A stretch of DNA of 38,878 nucleotides from a virus: positions 1 to 38,878 of IMG/VR virus record IMGVR_UViG_3300040801_002051. One strand, 5' to 3'. The notes beneath the pieces are model-generated. The model was given only the letters and a program-made list of their open reading frames with translations, was not told where the DNA came from and ran no database searches. Both the position numbers and the translations under genes were made by a program. Shown piece by piece: positions 1 to 6,960 of the stretch. The stretch's first letter is position 1. Each line of letters begins with the position of its first letter.

Positions 1-117
1 CCAGCGGTTGGTTTGCGGGTCGCGGCGCTCGCTGGTGATGCCGGTCGGCCAGTTCTCCGGCGTGTCGCTTGGCAAGTGCCACCAGCGATCTGCAGGGGCT
101 TGGCTGGCGACCATGGC
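1..117. repeat. Terminal direct repeat, identical to 38762-38878. Best read as the assembly overlap of a circular or circularly permuted genome with unit length 38,761 bp.
   Basis: Read directly: ccagcggttggtttgcgggtcgcgg...ttggctggcgaccatggc occurs at both window ends. It lies inside the terminase large-subunit frame, which is continuous across the junction. Confidence 0.95.
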
Positions 118-1737
118 GAGGCGATCGAGGATGGTGTCTTTGGCCTTGTCGACACCAACGATGTGATGCACGCCGTTGCGCGGGACGGCTTCGCCGCGCC
201 ATGTGTATTGGTGCGCGCGAGGCGGGCCGATGAGCGGGGCGCTAGGGGTTGAGGCGCCTTTGACCGCAATCCATGCGCGGCGGGTGCGCTGGTTGACGGC
301 GGCATAGACTTCTTGGGTCCAGTTGCCTGAGTCGACGGCGTGGATGCGTGGCAGCAGCTGCACGCCGAAGCGGTTGACGATAGGCCGCTGGAGGTAGGTG
401 TCGAGATCGGCCCAGGTCTGCGGGTCGAGCGGGCTGCCAAGCGTGATGTGGTAATCGACTAGGTAGATTTGCGGGTCGGTCGGAGTCGCGCCGCGGCCAA
501 AGCCCAGAATGCAGGTCTCGAGTCGGTTGGATTGCACGTCAGTGCCGGCGGAGAGGATGAGGCACCCGTCGGGCGGGTGACGCATGGGCCATGACTCAAG
601 CGCGCCGCGGATGTCTTCGGCCTCGATGGTGCCGGGTGCTTCATAGGGGATGGCCAGCGAGGTGGACGTAAACGCCTTGATGAGCGCCGGGTTGTCGCCT
701 GCATCAACGCGCTCTTGATGCAGGTCTTTCCAGGTCCGCCCAAGACCGACGGGCGTGTACAGGCTGGGCAGCCGATAGCTGTGATGCGAGCCGTCGCCAG
801 GGTTGCCGGGTATCCAGGTGCCGGCGGCGAGCATGTCGGTTTTCGCGGCGTGCGGAATGGGTGTGCCGCAGTGCTCGCAGAGGTATTCCCCGGTCGGCAG
901 CACCTGATCGATATGCAGCACTTGCGGAGCGTCGCAGTGCGGGCACGGCACCCAATATTCGCGCTGATCGCCTGCGAGGTATTCGCGCCAGATCAGGCTG
1001 GCGCCCATGAGCTTCTTTGGGCTGCTGCACTGGTAGATCTTGCGCCGGGTGCCGAAGGAGTCGGCGCGACGGCGCAGCGTGATGAGCGGGTCACCCTCTG
1101 CGCCCTTCAGCTCTTCATAGCTGTCGACCTCGTCGGCGAGGACGTAGCGGGCGGAGTACATGCCGAGCGTGGCGGCGCTGGCGGCATGGGAGACGATGAG
1201 CCAGCCGCCAGGAAACTTGACCCGGGCCATGGTGTTGCTGCTCTCGCGCCGCTTGGTGCGGGTGAGCGTGGCAGCCAGCGAGGGCGTAGACTCGACTAGG
1301 GCGTCGAAGCGCATCAGCTTCCAGGCGTTGCCGAGCTCTTGCGTGGGCTGGCAGACAATGACCGGGGCGGGGTCGTGATCCAAGACGTAGCCGACGAGGT
1401 TGTTCAGCGACTCGGTCTTGACCGTTTGCACACCCGCCACGCAGGTGACGATCTGCGCGCCGCTGTGCGGGCTGAGGCTTTCCATGATGCCGCGCGCGGG
1501 CGGGTTGCGATCGGTGCGCCAGCGGCCGGGCTCTTTGCTGGTCTCCCGCGGGAGCACACGGTGGGCGTCGGCCCATTGCCAGACAGAGAGTCGATCCGGG
1601 ATTGTCCAGCCGGCAGCCCAAGCCCGAAGGTACGCGAGTCTGGCGCGAGCGCGGGCTCGCGCGTCGAGTTGGCGCGTGATGGCCGGCCGGCGAGTGGGCC
1701 GGCGGGCCGTGGCTTGGGGCTGGGATGCGGCGGTCAC
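1..1737 (-). CDS. terL: Terminase large subunit, lambda GpA family, 5' portion. The gene continues across the circular junction into 38761->38510 (662 aa in total).
   Basis: Absent from the ORF track because it runs off the left edge. My reverse translation of 1737->1 is stop-free. It reads VTAASQ..LSVWQWADAHRVLPRETSKEPGRWRTDRNPPARGIMESLSP..AGVQTVKTE..QPTQELGNAW..FPGGWLIVSHAAS..LADEVDSYE..CPHCDAPQ..CEHCG..SLAIPYE, the GpA (PF05876) pattern. The GTG start at 1737 overlaps the TGA of the preceding small ORF. 1737+252 nt = 1989 nt, which is in frame. Confidence 0.93.
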   Translation of the reverse strand, partial: MTAASQPQATARRPTRRPAITRQLDARARARARLAYLRAWAAGWTIPDRLSVWQWADAHRVLPRETSKEPGRWRTDRNPPARGIMESLSPHSGAQIVTCVAGVQTVKTESLNNLVGYVLDHDPAPVIVCQPTQELGNAWKLMRFDALVESTPSLAATLTRTKRRESSNTMARVKFPGGWLIVSHAASAATLGMYSARYVLADEVDSYEELKGAEGDPLITLRRRADSFGTRRKIYQCSSPKKLMGASLIWREYLAGDQREYWVPCPHCDAPQVLHIDQVLPTGEYLCEHCGTPIPHAAKTDMLAAGTWIPGNPGDGSHHSYRLPSLYTPVGLGRTWKDLHQERVDAGDNPALIKAFTSTSLAIPYEAPGTIEAEDIRGALESWPMRHPPDGCLILSAGTDVQSNRLETCILGFGRGATPTDPQIYLVDYHITLGSPLDPQTWADLDTYLQRPIVNRFGVQLLPRIHAVDSGNWTQEVYAAVNQRTRRAWIAVKGASTPSAPLIGPPRAHQYTWRGEAVPRNGVHHIVGVDKAKDTILDRLAMVASQAPADRWWHLPSDTPENWPTGITSERRDPQTNRW

Positions 1738-1841
1738 GGGCTGGTTTTGTCGGCGAGATCTAGGCCTAGGTCGCCAGCGGCAAGCGAGGCTTCTAGGTCG
1801 GCGATCAATTCGGCCTCGGTGGATTCGGTCGGGTTGGTCAT
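1734..1841 (-). CDS. Small acidic ORF (35 aa) translationally coupled between terS and terL
   Basis: Hand translation gives MTNPTESTEAELIADLEASLAAGDLGLDLADKTSP. Its ATG overlaps the terS stop (ATGA) and its TGA overlaps the terL GTG (GTGA). It is below the size cutoff of the ORF track. Confidence 0.45.
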   Translation of the reverse strand: MTNPTESTEAELIADLEASLAAGDLGLDLADKTSP

Positions 1842-2449
1842 TGTGTTTGCTCGCTGGCTGGGGCGTCGTCATCGGCATCGGCACTGCGGGAGGCCGCGGC
1901 GGCGATCTGTTGGCAGACGTTGCGCAGCTCTGCGTCGAGCAATCGGTCAACCTCGGTCTCATCGTCGATGGCCGCAAGCTGCGGGGCGATGCGGGCAGGG
2001 ATGGCCATCAGCTGTTGCACGGCCTGGCGGGCCGTGTCTTCGGCGACGTGCGCCATCGTTGCCAGGTCGCCATAGGTGCCCTCCGCCTTAGCCGTTTCCA
2101 GGATGTCGCGCTTGGCTTGCTCGCGCGCGCTGACAGTCTTGGCGCTATGCCAATCCAGCGTGTCGATGTGCGCCTCGAGCTCTGGACGATCGGCGGCCGT
2201 TGCGAGCTTGTCGGTGGCGGCTTGCTGCGACTCCGTCTCGCGGTCAAACCACTCCAGGAACTCCAGCCATCGGAATAGATGCGCCTGCCCCGGCTTGCCC
2301 TTGTAGGCGACCGGGAGCGGGTTGTCGGGCCGCTTGACCCAGGAGCGGATGGCCTCACGGGACAGTCGCAGCCCGAACTCTTCCTCGATGGCAGCCAGCA
2401 GTTCTGGTGTGGTTAGGGTGCCAGGCTCTTTCGAGCTCGGGTCGCTCAT
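1838..2449 (-). CDS. terS: Terminase small subunit, Nu1-like
   Basis: 203-aa ORF directly upstream of the GpA terminase. It has an N-terminal HTH-like segment (TTPELLAAIEEEFGLRLSREAIRSWVKR..PLPVAYKGKPGQAHLF) followed by a helical acidic C-terminus, as in lambda Nu1. There is an ATGA overlap with the upstream gene. Confidence 0.75.
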   Translation of the reverse strand: MSDPSSKEPGTLTTPELLAAIEEEFGLRLSREAIRSWVKRPDNPLPVAYKGKPGQAHLFRWLEFLEWFDRETESQQAATDKLATAADRPELEAHIDTLDWHSAKTVSAREQAKRDILETAKAEGTYGDLATMAHVAEDTARQAVQQLMAIPARIAPQLAAIDDETEVDRLLDAELRNVCQQIAAAASRSADADDDAPASEQTQ

Positions 2450-2805
2450 CGTTTGCCCCCGTTCAGCGCGCTGAGTCTCGGTGAGCCCTTCGCGCGAATC
2501 CTCTCGGCCAACGTCGCAGCCTTGCTGTCTGTTGCGGCCTGCCGCTGCTCGGTGCGGTATTGCTGTTGCAGTTTTGCCAGGTCCACGGCGATGCGGTGCG
2601 CCAACGACAAATCCGCGTTTTGCATCGCGAGCCGGTACAGCTCTTCGCGTTTGGCCACGTGCAGCGCAAACAGGTGCGCGTCGTCGGTTTCAGCCGCGGC
2701 AATCCATTGATCGACGCATGCGGCGTATGCCGCGTCAATTTCGCCGCGCCGCCAGCCGCGCAAGATGGCCGATCCAACAGCATCAACAATGCGAGCATCA
2801 TTCAT
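2446..2805 (-). CDS. Hypothetical protein (119 aa), helical, coupled to terS
   Basis: ORF-track entry with an ATG start. Its stop overlaps the terS ATG (ATGA). Same strand and frame logic as the late operon. Confidence 0.6.
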   Translation of the reverse strand: MNDARIVDAVGSAILRGWRRGEIDAAYAACVDQWIAAAETDDAHLFALHVAKREELYRLAMQNADLSLAHRIAVDLAKLQQQYRTEQRQAATDSKAATLAERIRAKGSPRLSALNGGKR

Positions 2806-2845
2806 AATAATAACCCAAACCGTAACGCCAACAGTTCGTATCTAC

Positions 2846-3079
2846 TCAAATTCCGCGCCTCTGCCGACCGCTTAGGCGTTTGTTGTCAAAGGACCCTTCG
2901 GCTTCGATCATCCGGCACAGCTCGGCCCAGTGGTCGCGGTCGTTGTGGCTTGCGTGCCATAGCTGCGCGGCTCGCGCGGCTTCGGCGGTTTGCGGTGCGT
3001 GCTCTACGCACAGGCTGACGCTGTCGCCTGGCTCGGGGCACGTCGTGTTGTAGCGGGCGCAGCTATCACACAGGTTCAT
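2846..3079 (-). CDS. Small Cys-containing hypothetical protein (77 aa)
   Basis: Internal ATG at 3079 (MNLCDSCARYNTTCPEPGDSVSLCVEH..) is preceded by GAGGA about 9 nt upstream. The longer track ORF (to 3112) overlaps the upstream gene. Confidence 0.5.
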   Translation of the reverse strand: MNLCDSCARYNTTCPEPGDSVSLCVEHAPQTAEAARAAQLWHASHNDRDHWAELCRMIEAEGSFDNKRLSGRQRRGI

Positions 3080-3446
3080 CGGTCTGATCCTCGGTTGCCG
3101 CAGCCGTCGCATCCTTTGCGCACAAGGCGCGGGCCGCTTCGGCGGAGTCTGCGCGGCCTAGCAGCACCCGCGGTTGCGGTATGCGCTCGCCGACCTTGTA
3201 GCGGGCCTTGGGCTCTTGGCCACTCCAGTGCGGTATCTCGCCACGGCTCCAGTCGCGATAGCTCCAACCAGCGGCCCGGTCAGGGCCAAGCGCGAGATAC
3301 ACCCAGTGATCGCGTACACGGCAGGCCAGGACACGGTGACCCGTCTGCGCATCCCACCACGGCGCGTTGTTCGGCCCGCGCGTCCACGTCAACGCCTGCG
3401 GCGCTGCGCTTTCGGTCTTGGCCATGTTCTGTACTGCCTCCGACAT
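3066..3446 (-). CDS. Hypothetical protein (126 aa, or 119 aa from the ATG at 3425), first gene after the palindromic intergenic region
   Basis: ORF-track entry. The alternative ATG at 3425 has a GGAGG about 11 nt upstream. Trp-rich, with no family recognised. Confidence 0.55.
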   Translation of the reverse strand: MSEAVQNMAKTESAAPQALTWTRGPNNAPWWDAQTGHRVLACRVRDHWVYLALGPDRAAGWSYRDWSRGEIPHWSGQEPKARYKVGERIPQPRVLLGRADSAEAARALCAKDATAAATEDQTDEPV

Positions 3447-3452
3447 GCGTCA

Positions 3453-3610
3453 GTGTCGATGCGTCGATGATGTCGATCTTCCCCAGCGCTCGGGAAAAGT
3501 GTCATTAAGCAACAGCGCTAAGCGGTTCATCGGGCAAAAACTACCGTTCGTTCCTTAGTGACACTTTTCCGCGTACGTGGCGTTTATCGACATCATCGAC
3601 ATATCGACAT
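3453..3610. repeat. Nested imperfect palindrome with 3+3 GTCGAT/ATCGAC iterons and an inner 17-nt inverted repeat. Candidate origin or operator region.
   Basis: GTCGAT occurs at 3455, 3463 and 3472. ATCGAC occurs at 3586, 3595 and 3603, with mirror-image 8/9 and 9/8 spacing. GGAAAAGTGTCATTAAG (3493-3509) matches CTTAGTGACACTTTTCC (3554-3570) at 16 of 17 positions. Both pairs share the same centre (~3531/3532) and align in register over 58-nt arms. Confidence 0.85.
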
Positions 3611-3626
3611 AATCAAAACTTAGTCT

Positions 3627-5504
3627 TCAACTCGCCGAAACGACCCGCCAGCGGCGCGGGACAACTCGCGTTTCGTCTTGCTCAATCAATCGGTTACCGA
3701 ATATTCGCCCGCGGAATTTGCGCAGCTTGTAGCCCAGCGCCTGCGATCCCCCGCCCCGTGGTACGTCGCCAAGCATCGACACTATCGACTCATGTAAGCC
3801 GGGCCGCTTAGGTCCACCACCCGCGTATTCGGGCTCACGCTCCGACGCCAACTGCCACAGCTGCGACGCTGTAACTGCTTGATCTCCAAGCTCTGCGTGC
3901 CATGCTTCCAGCAGCGCCATGATTGACGCCTGCTCGTGGTCTTCGTCGCGCAGGTTGCGGCTTGGGCCTAACGGATCGGCCTGGCCCGCCCAGATCAACG
4001 GGAAGCGCACCATGCGATCCCACAGCCCGAAGCGCGTGCGCGACACGCCCTCGGGCATCGGTGAGCCTGCGTCGATATAGGCCTTGGCGATCGTCAGCAC
4101 GGCCCGCACCGCCTCTGCCCGGTGCCGCAGGACATGCTCGCGCGCGTCGCGGCCAAAGGTGCGCTCTTCCGGTCGCTCGACGCCGGCATCGAGGCGCACC
4201 AGCAGGACGCGGGAGGTCAGGTCGCCGAGAAATGTCAGGTTGTTGCCCGTGGCCAGCCAGCAGACGTTGGTCGGCGCCTCCACCTGCTTGGAGAGTCCGA
4301 GCACGCGGCAGACCTTGGAGCGCTGGGTCAGCACCATGCACATGGTCGCGGACTTCCATGCGCGCTCGATGTTGTCCCACACGACGACGCTATCGCCGGT
4401 CATCAGCGCCGTATCGACGCGCTTCTCGGTCTCGGTCTCATCCGGGCCAATGTTGGCGACCGACGGCTCGCGGCCGGTCGAGACCAGCGCGATGCAGTCG
4501 GCCAGCAGACTCTTGCCCGTCGCCGGGGTCGACGCCGATATGCCGCCCATCGGCGCGGAGGGGAGCACGCGCCGGAGGACGGCCGTCATCATCAGCGCCA
4601 GCGCTGCGGAGCGATCCGCGTCGGAGACGAACGGGAATGTGCTCACCAGCTCGGCGAGCACCGCGCAGGCATCTTCGGCGGCCTCGCTTCGGCAGCCTGG
4701 GTCGGATTCGATGGGGTTGTTGCCGAGGTCGAGATCGTGCGTGAGGTACAGCCCCGTTCCCGGGTCATAGCCGGCATCCCGCAGCACCTCGCCCCCCGGC
4801 GTGAGGGTCGGGGATTCGCAGAAGCCCGTCAGCCAGGGGAATCGCCACTCGCCCTGACGGCTCAACAGCGTATCGGCCACCTTGCGTGGGGCATCGATGC
4901 GCACCCAGTCGGCGGTGCGCCCGTCCCACTTCTCCCAGTCAGCGCACCGGCACAGGCGCTCGAGCAGCCAATGCGGCGAGATCTCGAACAGCACGGCCGC
5001 GCCCTGCTGCCGTTCGTAGTCGAGCGATGGCCGCCCGGTTGAGTCCCAGGCGCCCACCCGGACCAGGCGCGTGCCGTGTTGGAACAGCCCGGCGCCCTGC
5101 TCGGACAAGGCCGCCTCGGCCTCGTCGACGATGCGCGGCAGCTCGCCGTTGACAACGCGGATTGTGCGCCGCCCATCCGGGCCAATCAGCCCCGTGCCAG
5201 CACCGGCCCCCGGCCCGTTGCCGCCGGCCGCCGCACCGCGCTTGCGCTGCGGCTTGTCGGCCGCGGCAAAGGCGGCTGCTGCCAGGTCGGACGTGCTCGC
5301 AGCCGCCGCAGCGGCTCCGGCAGGGCGGCCGGGGCAGGGCGGTACGTGCTTAGACCGCACTGGCTGTTCGCCGGGGGCCTCAAACGTTTGATACCAGCCC
5401 GATCCATCGGGCTCGATGATGTTGCGCTTCTGCATCCCGCAGCGCTCGCAGACATAGCGATGCGGCTCGGGATGCGCCCACTTGTGGCGAGGCTTGCCTG
5501 CCAT
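3627..5504 (-). CDS. Putative replicative helicase / replication initiator, SF3 (P4-type) P-loop NTPase with an N-terminal CxxC element
   Basis: Track ORF is 3627..5909. I place the start at ATG 5504 (MAGKPRHKW..), which overlaps the upstream stop (TGATG). The extra 135 N-terminal codons are Arg/Gly-rich and overlap that gene. Motifs: YVCERCG, an Ala/Gly linker, Walker A ASTPATGKS and Walker B-like DSVVVWDNIE. Confidence 0.65.
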   Translation of the reverse strand: MAGKPRHKWAHPEPHRYVCERCGMQKRNIIEPDGSGWYQTFEAPGEQPVRSKHVPPCPGRPAGAAAAAASTSDLAAAAFAAADKPQRKRGAAAGGNGPGAGAGTGLIGPDGRRTIRVVNGELPRIVDEAEAALSEQGAGLFQHGTRLVRVGAWDSTGRPSLDYERQQGAAVLFEISPHWLLERLCRCADWEKWDGRTADWVRIDAPRKVADTLLSRQGEWRFPWLTGFCESPTLTPGGEVLRDAGYDPGTGLYLTHDLDLGNNPIESDPGCRSEAAEDACAVLAELVSTFPFVSDADRSAALALMMTAVLRRVLPSAPMGGISASTPATGKSLLADCIALVSTGREPSVANIGPDETETEKRVDTALMTGDSVVVWDNIERAWKSATMCMVLTQRSKVCRVLGLSKQVEAPTNVCWLATGNNLTFLGDLTSRVLLVRLDAGVERPEERTFGRDAREHVLRHRAEAVRAVLTIAKAYIDAGSPMPEGVSRTRFGLWDRMVRFPLIWAGQADPLGPSRNLRDEDHEQASIMALLEAWHAELGDQAVTASQLWQLASEREPEYAGGGPKRPGLHESIVSMLGDVPRGGGSQALGYKLRKFRGRIFGNRLIEQDETRVVPRRWRVVSAS

Positions 5505-6049
5505 CAGGCCGCGACCGACAGCGGCGCGGCAATCCAGGCCCGCAGACGCCGGTGATAGTCGGCGGCGAGCTGATCCGACCAAGGCGCGGGCCACGCCCCC
5601 GCAAGCACGGCGCGCTGCTGCCGCCGCGCATCCTGTGCCAGCCAGCGCGCATCGCAGGCGTCGCGCACCCACTCCGGGCCGCAATCGGCCCACGCCAGAT
5701 CCTGGAACAGCACCTGCACCGGCGCCGCCACCCGCGCCACTTCGCCGGCCAGCGCGATCAGGCCAAGCCACCCGACTGGATGCGCCTCCGGGGCCTCGTC
5801 GTCCGCCGGCGCGGTCTCTCCGAACGGCCACGTGCACCACACATCCACCGGCAACCCCGCCAGCATCCGCCAATCCGTTGTGCCCGGCCGCCAACGCGGC
5901 CCGACCCACACCGCAGGAGCCCCGCGCACCGTCGCGCGCTGCGGCCCACCCATCACGACGTGGGCGGCATAAGGGTGCACGCCGGCGCGCCGTGCCGCCA
6001 GCAGCTCGCCGCCGAACACCGGCATCTGCAACCGACTCATCGTCGTCAT
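5504..6049 (-). CDS. Hypothetical early protein (181 aa)
   Basis: ATG at 6049 (MTTMSRLQMPVFGG..) overlaps the stop of the upstream 60-aa gene (ATGA). The longer track ORF (to 6385) overlaps two other supported genes. Confidence 0.5.
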   Translation of the reverse strand: MTTMSRLQMPVFGGELLAARRAGVHPYAAHVVMGGPQRATVRGAPAVWVGPRWRPGTTDWRMLAGLPVDVWCTWPFGETAPADDEAPEAHPVGWLGLIALAGEVARVAAPVQVLFQDLAWADCGPEWVRDACDARWLAQDARRQQRAVLAGAWPAPWSDQLAADYHRRLRAWIAAPLSVAA

Positions 6050-6228
6050 CGCTCCCGTGTCGGTGCCTGGAATGCCGCCGCAGCCTGCAGCCGCTGGCGC
6101 GTGTCTGCTTGGCGGCCCGGCCGCCGGCTGCGCCAGTGCCGGGCGCAGTACCAGGGCCCTTTGCCCGCCGTGCTGCTGCTCAGCGTGCCGACGGCGCGGC
6201 AGCCGGGATAGGCGCAGTGGGTCGTCAT
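6046..6228 (-). CDS. Small Cys/His protein (60 aa)
   Basis: MTTHCAYPGCRAVG..WYCARHW. ATGA overlaps at both ends (with the Cro-like gene and with the 181-aa gene) support translation. Confidence 0.5.
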   Translation of the reverse strand: MTTHCAYPGCRAVGTLSSSTAGKGPWYCARHWRSRRPGRQADTRQRLQAAAAFQAPTRER

Positions 6229-6470
6229 GAAGACTTCGTGCTGTTTGTCTGAACACTTCGCAGCGCAGCCCCAAACACGTCTGGCCGCAGGTCATAGCAA
6301 GTGACTGCGCCGCCCGTGAGAGCCTCAATCTGCCCGCAACGCTCAGCAGGAACCCTTGACAGCTCCCACTTGCGCACCGCCTCACTGGTCACGCCAATCG
6401 CTGCAGCAAACGCGGCGCGCGATCGGTACTTACGCAGATACGCGTTCCTCAAGATGGCGGGTGTACTCAT
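6225..6470 (-). CDS. Cro/YdaS-like HTH regulator (81 aa)
   Basis: MSTPAILRNAYLRKYRSRAAFAAAIGVTSEAVRKWELSRVPAERCGQIEALTGGAVTCYDLRPDVFG matches the Cro/YdaS-type pattern (..aVsqW...iP..r...iE..T.G.V...dLrPd.F). It is divergent from the CI-like gene. The ATG at 6470 is preferred over the TTG at 6509. Confidence 0.7.
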   Translation of the reverse strand: MSTPAILRNAYLRKYRSRAAFAAAIGVTSEAVRKWELSRVPAERCGQIEALTGGAVTCYDLRPDVFGAALRSVQTNSTKSS

Positions 6471-6561
6471 AATGCCGCCCAGCTTAGCCACCAATAGTTG
6501 CGATTGCAACCAAACGAAGCAACAACTGATTGTTGTGCCGCCTGCCGCTAGACTTCAACTT
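6471..6561. promoter_or_regulatory. Divergent promoter/operator region between the Cro-like and CI-like genes
   Basis: Contains the palindromes GTTGCgattGCAAC (about 6497-6510) and CAACAActgaTTGTTG (about 6520-6535). It also contains the 11-mer ATTGTTGTGCC (6529-6539), which recurs at 9841-9851. Confidence 0.6.
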
Positions 6562-6939
6562 ATGGTTGCCACGCCAAAACAAGCCTTTGCGCGTCGACTG
6601 AACGCGCTGTGCGATGCAGAGAACGTCCCGCAGCGCGGGCGGCGTGTCGCGTTGGCAAAGGTGACAGGCGTCAGCGGCGAGGCCGCAAGGAAGTGGATAT
6701 CGGGTGAGGCAATCCCGGCCATGGACCACGTCGTGATTTTGGCGACACACTTTAGGGTCAACGCGCAATGGCTACTTACCGGGCTAGGCCCGCAAGAGAT
6801 AGGAGCGGGCGCGCTTACGGAAGAGGAGCAAAGGCACATTGAACGTCTCCGCTGCATGCCCTCTCCCGATCGCGCCCGCGCCTTTCGAGTCATCGAGGCG
6901 CTTAGTTTGCCGGACGTGCCCCGCGACAACGCGGCTTAG
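6562..6939 (+). CDS. CI-like XRE-family HTH repressor (125 aa, no S24 peptidase domain visible)
   Basis: MVATPKQAFARRLNALCDAENVPQRGRRVALAKVTGVSGEAARKWISGEAIPAMDHVVILATHFRVNAQWLLTG is a typical lambda-CI/XRE HTH ending in ..WLLTG. The ATG is at 6562. The upstream part of the track ORF (from 6301) is antisense to the Cro-like gene. Confidence 0.7.
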   Translation: MVATPKQAFARRLNALCDAENVPQRGRRVALAKVTGVSGEAARKWISGEAIPAMDHVVILATHFRVNAQWLLTGLGPQEIGAGALTEEEQRHIERLRCMPSPDRARAFRVIEALSLPDVPRDNAA

Positions 6940-6960
6940 GTGCCGGTCGCGGCGTATGGC

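Noticed and set aside
1-117. The terminal 117-nt direct repeat read as a biological feature (DTR, att site or LTR-like end)
   Set aside because: It lies in the middle of the terL reading frame, which reads straight through the junction. This is what an assembler overlap of a circular or permuted genome looks like. Real physical termini cannot be inferred from it.
2806-2845. AT-rich gap upstream of the 119-aa gene (cattcataataataacccaaacc..) considered as cos/pac or a promoter
   Set aside because: There is no dyad symmetry, repeat or recognisable -35/-10 pair that I could defend. Its only distinguishing feature is AT-richness.
5505-5909. N-terminal extensions of track ORFs. Examples are 3627..5909, 5504..6385, 20524..21555, 24551..25702, 35682..37595, 37547..38182 and 38133..38843.
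   Set aside because: The extensions overlap the upstream supported gene in another frame and are compositionally junk. An internal start exists that abuts or overlaps the upstream stop (ATGA/TGATG), often with an SD.
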